DNA of 64,000 nt from Eledone cirrhosa (Eukaryota). A program made the position numbers and the translations under genes. This document shows positions 46,001-53,800 of the stretch, in pieces. The DNA lies in assembly GCA_964016885.1 (NCBI GenBank), contig OZ024740.1, positions 7,626,001 through 7,690,000 of the forward strand, in the 5' to 3' direction. Numbering within the stretch: the stretch's first letter is position 1; each line of letters starts with the position of its first letter. Under the pieces are notes generated by a model. The model worked only from the letters and a program-made list of their open reading frames with translations. It had not been told where the DNA came from and did not search any database.

Positions 46001-47447
46001 ATTGGAAAGTCAGTTTCGATTGGTATGTCAGTTTCTATTGGTATGACAGTTTCGATTGGTATGTCAGTTTTGATTGGTATATGAGTTTCGATTGGTATGT
46101 CATTTTCGATTAGTATATCAGTTTCTATTGGTATGTCAGTTTCGATTGGTATGTCAGATTCTATTGGTATATCAGTTTCGATTGGTATATCAGTTTCGAT
46201 TGGTATATCAGTTTCGATTGGTATATCAGTTTCTATTGGTATATCAATTTCTATTGGTATGTCAGTTTTGATTGGTATATCAGTTTCGATTAGAATGTCA
46301 GTTTCGATCGGTATGTCAGTCTCGATTGGTATATCAGTTTCGATAGGTATATCAGTTTCGATTGGTATGTCAGTTTTGATTGGTATATCAGTTTCTATTG
46401 CTATATCAGTTTCTGTTGGTATGTCAGTTTCGATTGGTATGTCAGTTTCTATTGGTATATCAGTTTCGATTGGTATATCAGTTTCTATTGGTATATCAGT
46501 TTCTATTGGTATATCAGTTTGATTAGAATGTCATTTTCGATTGGTATGTCAGTTTCGATTGGTATATCAGTTTCGATACGTATATCAGTTTCGATTGGTA
46601 TGTCAGTTACGATTGGTATATCAGTTTCTATTGCTATATCAGTTTCTGTTGGTATGTCAGTTTCGATTCATATGTCAGTTTCGATTAGTATATCAGTTTA
46701 TATAGGTATGTCAGTTTCTATTCGTATATCAGTTTTGATTGGTATGTCAGTTTCGATTAGTATTTCAGTTGCTATTGGTATATCAGTTTCCATTCGTAGG
46801 TCAGTTTCTATTGGTATGTCAGTTTCTATTGGTATACCAGTTTCGATTGGTATGTCAGTTTCTATTGGTATGTATGTTTCTATTAGTATATCAGTTTTGA
46901 TTGGTATATCAGTTTCGATTGGTATGTCAGTTTCTATTGGTATATCAGTTTTGATTGGTATATCAGTTTCAATTAGTATGTCAGTTTCTATTGGTATATC
47001 AGTTTCGATTGGTATATCAGTTTCGATTAGTATGTCAATTTCTATTGGTATATCAGTTTCTATTGGTATATCAGTTTTGATTGCTATATCAGTTTCAATT
47101 AATATGTCAGTTTCTATTTGTATATCATTTTCGATTGCTATGTCAGTTGCTATTGGTATATCAATTTCGATTGGTATGTCAGTTTCTATTGGTATGTCAG
47201 TTTTTATTGGTATATCAGTTTCGATAGGTATGTCAGTTTCGATTCTTATATCAGTTACTATTGTTATCTCAGTTTCGATATGTATGTCAGTTTCGATTGG
47301 TATATCAGTTACGATTGGTATGTCACTTTCTGTTGGTATATCAGTTTCTATTGGTATGTCAGTTTCGATAGGTATGTCAGTTCTTATTGGTATATCAGTT
47401 TCGATTGGTATGTCAGTTTCTATTGGTTTGTCAGTTTCGATTGAAAT

Positions 47448-50400
47448 ATGAATCTGCGAGCTACCAAGCACCCACGTGAAGCGCCAACCCAGAGACCCTC
47501 CCCTACGAGTGTCGACAAATGCCCAAAACTCCGAGTTGGTACCATCAATGTAGGCTCAATGAAAGGAAGAGCAGGAGAAATCGTAGAAATGCTAGAGCGA
47601 AAGGAAGTTGATGTATGCTGTGTGCAAGAGACTAGATGGAGAGGAGGGTCTGCTAGAGTCCTTGTAGGAAAAAGCCAGTGCTACAAATTTTTCTGGGTGG
47701 GAAATGACGATGGGATGGGTGGTGTAGGTATACTATTAGCTGACAAGTGGGTAGATAAAGTAATCTCAGTGTACAGGGTAAATGCAAGAATCATTAAACT
47801 CAGACTAGTCCTGAATAAGACAATTACCACAATAATATCAGCTTACGCACCCCAATCGGGGCTGCCAGACGAACTTAAGGATAGGTTTTACGAGTCCCTA
47901 ATACACACTACTGCTCTAACAGACGACAAGGACTTCCTAATCATTGCAGGAGATTTTAACGGACACGTAGGTAAACACTGCGACGGCTTCAATAGAGTAC
48001 ATGGAGGCCATGGAGTTGGCACAAGGAATGAGGAAGGATTCAGACTTCTAGAATTCTGCGACGCCAATGACATGTTGATATGTAACACAAACTTTAAAAA
48101 ACCCGACAACCACCTGATCACCTATAGATCAGGGGAGCACTCTAGTCAGTTAGATTTTATCCTCATCAGAGGACGTGACAGATGGACGGTCGTAAACACA
48201 AAAGCCTTCCCTAGTGAGGAATGTACATCCCAACATAGCTTAGTTGTCAGCGACCTCACGGTCAGAACTAGACGAGCCCTGAAACAGAGGCCAACCTGGA
48301 GAAGAAAGATCTGGAAGCTGAAAGTCCCCTCAACCAGTAACAGATTTAAAGATATTTTACTCAACGCCTACGACAGTAAAGAAGAACAGATAGAGACATT
48401 TAACGTAGAAGAGAACTGGGAGTTCCTAAAAAATAACTTACTAGAGGCGACGGATGAGGTTTGTGGCTGGAGTAAGACCTCAAGCAGGAGGAGAGTGACT
48501 TGGTGGTGGAACAATAAGGTAGATGAAGCAGTCAAGGCCAAGAGACAGGCATGGAAAGAATGGAAGAACGGGGGGAGCAGGGTACATTACATAGAGACCA
48601 AGAGGGAAGCTAGGCGACAAGTATACTTAGCTAGGAGGGAAGCAGAGGATAGAAAATTCAAGCATGTTTTACAACGTGAGGACCAGAAACAGGAGGTATT
48701 CAAGATTGCGAGGCAGTGTGTCAGAGATAGTTGTGATGTCATTGGAGAGAAGTGTATCCGGAATGATAAAGGTGAGCTTGCCCTCACAAGTGCTGAGAAG
48801 AAAGATGCATGGAAGAGTCATTATGATAGATTACTAAATGAGGAGAATGCATGGGAAGAAGAGACCCTACCCCACGTAGACCCTATAGAGGGACCAGCAG
48901 TACAAGTCAGCGGCAGCGTAGTAAGTAAGGCAATCAGAGATATGAAGATAGGGAAGGCAACCGGTCCATCGGGTATAGCTGCCGAGATGCTGAAGGCATC
49001 TGGGTCTGTAGGTCACACTATAACCACACGTATCGTTAACCAGGTAATACTAGAGGGGGCCATACCAAAAGATTGGTGCAGTAGCATCATTGTCAACTGC
49101 TACAAAGGTAAAGGCGATGCACTAGATAGAGGAAACTATAGAGGTATAAAGTTGATGGACCAGGTCATGAAAGTAACAGAAAGAGTTATAGCACAGCTGA
49201 TTAGGGACCGGGTGAATATAGACGAGATGCAATTTGGGTTTGTTCCAGGGAAAGGCACCACTGATGCGCTCTTCCTTGTGAGGCAATTACAGGAAAAGTA
49301 CCTAGCTAAAAGTAAGCCACTCTACTTGGCATTTGTCGACCTTGAGAAAGCCTTTGACAGAGTTCCACGTGCAGTAATCTGGTGGGCTCTTAGAAAACTA
49401 GGAGTAGATGAATGGCTTGTGAAAGCGGTACAAGCCATGTATAGGGGAGCAGTCAGCAAAGTTAGGATTGGCAATGAGTATAGCGAGGAATTTAGCGTAC
49501 AGGTTGGGGTCCACCAGGGCTCTGTTCTTAGCCCTCTCCTGTTCATCATAGTCCTGCAGGCAATAACGGAGGAGTTTAAGACCGGATGCCCATGGGAACT
49601 CCTGTATGCTGATGACCTCGCACTCATAGCTGAATCTATGGTAGAACTAGAGAATAAATTCCAAACCTGGAAGCAGGGACTAGAGAGAAAGGGCCTCAAA
49701 GTCAACATGACAAAGACTAAGGTCCTTATAAGTAGACGAGAAAACAGAACCCAGATCCCCTCAGGGAAATGGCCTTGCTCAGTATGTAGGAAAGGTGTAG
49801 GTAGGAACTCCATTCTTTGCCCCAAATGCAAACAATGGGTACACAAGAGATGTAGCGGGATCTCAGGAAGCTTAATTAAGAATGTAGGATTCACATGCAG
49901 CAGCTGTGCTGAAACAGCAAGCAAACAGCCACAGGAAACAAGTACCACCAATCTCTGGGAGGGCCCTGTAGAAACAGTAGACAGCTTCTGCTACCTAGGT
50001 GACCGAATTAGCAACGGAGGTGGGTGCTCAGAAAGTACAATAACTAGGGTAAGAACGGGATGGAAGAAGTTTAGGGAACTACTACCACTGCTAGCTGCAA
50101 AAGGCTTTTCCCTCAGAATGAAAGGCAGACTGTATGATGCGTGTATCCGAACAGCGATGTTGCATGGTAGTGAGACCTGGGCGCTGAAGGTGGAAGACTT
50201 ACGTAGATTAGAGAGAAACGAAGCCTGCATGCTCCGATGGATGTGTAACAGTAATATACGTGAACGACAAAGCTTAAATGAATTGAGAGAGAGACTGAGC
50301 ATAAGAGGAATCAAATGCTGCGTGCAGGAGAGGCGGTTACGCTGGTATGGACATGTGATGCGTATGAAGGATGACAGCTGCATAAAAAGGTGCAGAGCAC

Positions 50401-50567
50401 TAGAAGTTGATGGAAACCGCGGAGTGGGGAGACCCAAGATGACTTGGGATGAGGTGATAAAAGCCGACCTTACCCAACTACACCTCTCAAAGTTAATGAC
50501 ACACGACCGTGACTTCTGGCGTCACGCAGTAATACAGGGTACCCGACCTCCCATGGGTACATGCTGA
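47448..50567 (+). CDS. Endonuclease-reverse transcriptase polyprotein, 1039 aa (APE ~47529-48260; RT with YADD at 49605-49616; PHD-like finger 49776-49907)
   Basis: APE motifs TINVGSM, VQETRW, SAYAPQ, AGDFNGHVG, LDFILI and SQH. RT motifs NYRGIKL, QFGFVPG, FVDLEKAFDRVPR, GVHQGSVLSPLLF, LYADDL and FCYLG. RTE-type C-terminal motifs MLHGSETW and RRLRWYGHVMR. No stops or frameshifts. Confidence 0.96.
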   Translation: MNLRATKHPREAPTQRPSPTSVDKCPKLRVGTINVGSMKGRAGEIVEMLERKEVDVCCVQETRWRGGSARVLVGKSQCYKFFWVGNDDGMGGVGILLADKWVDKVISVYRVNARIIKLRLVLNKTITTIISAYAPQSGLPDELKDRFYESLIHTTALTDDKDFLIIAGDFNGHVGKHCDGFNRVHGGHGVGTRNEEGFRLLEFCDANDMLICNTNFKKPDNHLITYRSGEHSSQLDFILIRGRDRWTVVNTKAFPSEECTSQHSLVVSDLTVRTRRALKQRPTWRRKIWKLKVPSTSNRFKDILLNAYDSKEEQIETFNVEENWEFLKNNLLEATDEVCGWSKTSSRRRVTWWWNNKVDEAVKAKRQAWKEWKNGGSRVHYIETKREARRQVYLARREAEDRKFKHVLQREDQKQEVFKIARQCVRDSCDVIGEKCIRNDKGELALTSAEKKDAWKSHYDRLLNEENAWEEETLPHVDPIEGPAVQVSGSVVSKAIRDMKIGKATGPSGIAAEMLKASGSVGHTITTRIVNQVILEGAIPKDWCSSIIVNCYKGKGDALDRGNYRGIKLMDQVMKVTERVIAQLIRDRVNIDEMQFGFVPGKGTTDALFLVRQLQEKYLAKSKPLYLAFVDLEKAFDRVPRAVIWWALRKLGVDEWLVKAVQAMYRGAVSKVRIGNEYSEEFSVQVGVHQGSVLSPLLFIIVLQAITEEFKTGCPWELLYADDLALIAESMVELENKFQTWKQGLERKGLKVNMTKTKVLISRRENRTQIPSGKWPCSVCRKGVGRNSILCPKCKQWVHKRCSGISGSLIKNVGFTCSSCAETASKQPQETSTTNLWEGPVETVDSFCYLGDRISNGGGCSESTITRVRTGWKKFRELLPLLAAKGFSLRMKGRLYDACIRTAMLHGSETWALKVEDLRRLERNEACMLRWMCNSNIRERQSLNELRERLSIRGIKCCVQERRLRWYGHVMRMKDDSCIKRCRALEVDGNRGVGRPKMTWDEVIKADLTQLHLSKLMTHDRDFWRHAVIQGTRPPMGTC

Positions 50568-50852
50568 AGCATATAAACAATATGCCCCCCCCCCCCCCCC
50601 ACCGCAAGGTGGTCGTGGAGGTGCCACGGCAAAAAAGCACCCAGCCCACACTGTAAAGTGGACGTGTAGGCGCCACGAAAAAGCACCCAGCACTCACTGT
50701 AAATGAGGTTGGTGTTAGGAAGGGCATCCAGCTGTAGAAATCAAGCCAGATCAGTTCCTGTATGAGCAAGGCATGGTCAGCCGACCAGACACTGCCCACA
50801 ACAGGACAACCCGTCTAACCCATGCTAGCGTGGAAGAACGGACGTAAAACGG
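50568..50852 (+). other. 3' UTR of RTE copy 1: C16 tract, GNRA hairpin, ~50-bp tandem duplication, conserved GGTTGGTGTTAGGAAGGGCATCCA block, terminal stem-loop
   Basis: Read directly. The last three elements are also conserved in the copy 2 UTR. Confidence 0.85.
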
Positions 50853-50874
50853 TGATGATGATGATGATGATGAT
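50853..50874 (+). repeat. (TGA)n/(GAT)7 3' tail of RTE copy 1
   Basis: Sequence tgatgatgatgatgatgatgat. The last 'at' is shared with the satellite. Confidence 0.95.
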
Positions 50875-53800
50875 TTCATTTCCTATTGTTATATCAGTTT
50901 CCATTGGTAGGTCAGTTTCTATTGGTATGTCAGCTTCTATTGGTATACCAGTTTCTATTGGTATGTCAGTTTCGATTAGCATGACAATTTCTATTGGTAT
51001 GTCAGTTTCTATTGGTATGTATGTTTCTAATAGTATATCAGTTTTGATTTGTATATCAGTTTCGATTGGTATGTCAGTTTCTATTGGTATATCAGTTTTG
51101 ATTGGTATATCAGTTTCAATTAGTATGTCAGTTTCTATTGGTATATCAGTTTCGATTGGTATATCAGTTTCGATTAGTATGTCAATTTCTATTGGTATGT
51201 CAGTTTCTATTGTTATATAAGTTTTGATTGGTATATCAGTTTCAATTAGTATGTCAGTTTCTATTGGTATATCAGTTTCGATTGCTATGTCAGTTGCTAT
51301 TGTTATATCAATTTCGATTGGTATGTCAGTTTCTATTGGTATGTCAGTTTCTATTGGTATATCAGTTTCGATAGGTATGTCAGTTTCGATTATTATATCA
51401 GTTACTATTGTTATCTCAGTTTCGATTTGTATGTCAGTTTCGATTGGTATATCAGTTTCGATTGGTATGTCAGTTTCTATTGGTATATCAGTTTCTATTG
51501 GTATGTCAGTGTCGATAGGTATGTCAGTTTTTATTGATATATCAGTTTCGATTGGTATGTCAGTTTCTATTGGTTTGTCAGTTTCGATTATTTTATCAGT
51601 TAGTATTGGTATGTCAGTTTCGATTGGTATGTCAGTTTGGATTGGTATATCAGTTTTGATTAGTATGTCAGCTTCTATTGGTATATCAGTTTCGATTGGT
51701 ATATCAGTTTCGATTTGTATATGAGTTTCGATTGGTATGTCATTTTCGATTAGTATATCAGTTTCTATTGGTATGTCAGTTTCGATTGGTATGTCAGATT
51801 CTATTGGTATATCAGTTTCGATTGGTATATCAGTTTCGATTGGTATATCAGTTTCTATTGGTATATCAATTTCTATTGGTATGTCAGTTTTGATTGGTAT
51901 ATCAGTTTCGATTAGAATGTCAGTTTCGATCGGTATGTCAGTCTCGATTGGTATATCAGTTTCGATAGGTATGTCAGTTTCGATTGGTATGTCAGTTTTG
52001 ATTGGTATATCAGTTTCTATTGCTATATCAGTTTCTGTTGGTATGTCAGTTTCGATTGGTATGTCAGTTTCTATTGGTATATCAGTTTCGATTGGTATAT
52101 CAGTTTCTATTGGTATATCAGTTTCTATTGGTATATCAGTTTGATTAGAATGTCATTTTCGATTGGTATGTCAGTTTCGATTGGTATATCAGTTTCGATA
52201 CGTATATCAGTTTCGATTGGTATGTCAGTTACGATTGGTATATCAGTTTCTATTGCTATATCAGTTTCTGTTGGTATGTCAGTTTCGATTCATATGTCAG
52301 TTTCGATTAGTATATCAGTTTATATAGGTATGTCAGTTTCTATTCGTATATCAGTTTTGATTGGTATGTCAGTTTCGATTAGTATTTCAGTTGCTATTGG
52401 TATATCAGTTTCAATTCGTAGGTCAGTTTCTATTGGTATGTCAGTTTCTATTGGTATACCAGTTTCGATTGGTATGTCAGTTTCTATTGGTATGTATGTT
52501 TCTATTAGTATATCAGTTTTGATTGGTATATCAGTTTCGATTGGTATGTCAGTTTCTATTGGTATATCAGTTTTGATTGGTATATCAGTTTCAATTAGTA
52601 TGACAGTTTCTATTGGTATATCAGTTTCGATTGGTATATCAGTTTCGATTAGTATGTCAATTTCTATTGGTATATCAGTTTCTATTGGTATATCAGTTTT
52701 GATTGCTATATCAGTTTCAATTAATATGTCAGTTTCTATTTGTATATCATTTTCGATTGCTATGTCAGTTGCTATTGGTATATCAATTTCGATTGGTATG
52801 TCAGTTTCTATTGGTATGTCAGTTTTTATTGGTATATCAGTTTCGAAAGGTATGTCAGTTTCGATTCTTATATCAGTTACTATTGTTATCTCAGTTTCGA
52901 TATGTATGTCAGTTTCGATTGGTATATCAGTTACGATTGGTATGTCACTTTCTGTTGGTATATCAGTTTCTATTGGTTTGTCAGTTTCGATAGGTATGTC
53001 AGTTTTTATTGGTATATCAGTTTCGATTGGTATGTCAGTTTCTATTGGTTTGTCAGTTTCGATTGGTATTTCATTTCCTATTGTTATATCAGTTTCCATT
53101 GGTAGGTCAGTTTCTATTGGTATGTCAGCTTCTATTGGTATACCAGTTTCTATTGGTATGTCAGTTTCGATTAGCATGACAATTTCTATTGGTATGTCAG
53201 TTTCTATTGGTATGTATGTTTCTATTAGTATATCAGTTTTGATTTGTATATCAGTTTCGATTGGTATGTCAGTTTCTATTGGTATATCAGTTTCGATTGG
53301 TATATCAGTTTCGATTAGTATGTCAATTTCTATTGGTATGTCAGTTTCTATTGTTATATAAGTTTTGATTGGTATATCAGTTTCAATTAGTATGTCAGTT
53401 TCTATTGGTATATCAGTTTCGATTGGTATGTCAGTTTCTATTGGTATGTCAGTTTCTATTGGTATATCAGTTTCGATAGGTATGTCAGTTTCGATTATTA
53501 TATCAGTTACTATTGTTATCTCAGTTTCGATTTGTATGTCAGTTTCGATTGGTATATCAGTTTCGATTGGTATGTCAGTTTCTATTGGTATATCAGTTTC
53601 TATTGGTATGTCAGTGTCGATAGGTATGTCAGTTTTTATTGATATATCAGTTTCGATTGGTATGTCAGTTTCTATTGGTTTGTCAGTTTCGATTATTTTA
53701 TCAGTTAGTATTGGTATGTCAGTTTCGATTGGTATGTCAGTTTCGATCGGTATATCAGTTTCTATTGGTATGACAGTTTCGATTGGTATATCAGTTTGGA

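Larger units (their letters stand above)
1..47443. repeat. 18-bp tandem satellite array, left arm (consensus TCAGTTTC[G/T]ATTGGTAT[A/G])
   Basis: Continuous head-to-tail 18-bp monomers with scattered substitutions and very rare 1-bp indels. All reading frames give 6-aa periodic translations (SVSIG[I/M], IETDIP, VYQFRL, WYISFD). The array runs off the left edge of the window. Confidence 0.99.
47444..50872 (+). mobile_element. RTE-clade non-LTR retrotransposon, copy 1 (complete ORF, almost no 5' UTR)
   Basis: Abrupt switch from satellite to unique purine-rich sequence. It has a single APE+RT ORF, a ~300-bp 3' UTR and a (GAT)7 tail. A single ORF with an N-terminal AP endonuclease and a short tandem-repeat tail is typical of the RTE clade. 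Confidence 0.95.

Noticed and set aside
10-47451. Hundreds of ORFs encoding (SVSIG[I/M])n, (IETDIP)n, (VYQFRL)n or (WYISFD)n as real genes
   Set aside because: An 18-bp repeat with stop-free frames yields these automatically. They overlap on both strands, are broken by stops and frameshifts, and contain no unique domains.
48228-48236. SQH in place of the canonical APE SDH motif as an inactivating mutation
   Set aside because: To my knowledge xQH variants are common in RTE-clade endonucleases, so this is not evidence of inactivation.
47448-50567. Bacterial RT system (retron, DGR, group II intron)
   Set aside because: The N-terminal APE domain, RTE-type C-terminus and tandem-repeat tail identify a eukaryotic LINE.
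47888-50799. Minus-strand ORFs inside RTE copy 1, and their counterparts at 59269-61806
   Set aside because: They are antisense shadows of the RT ORF and UTR with no recognisable motifs.
50822-51220. Poly-Met ORFs at 50822 and 61878
   Set aside because: These are translations of the (ATG)n tails running into the satellite.
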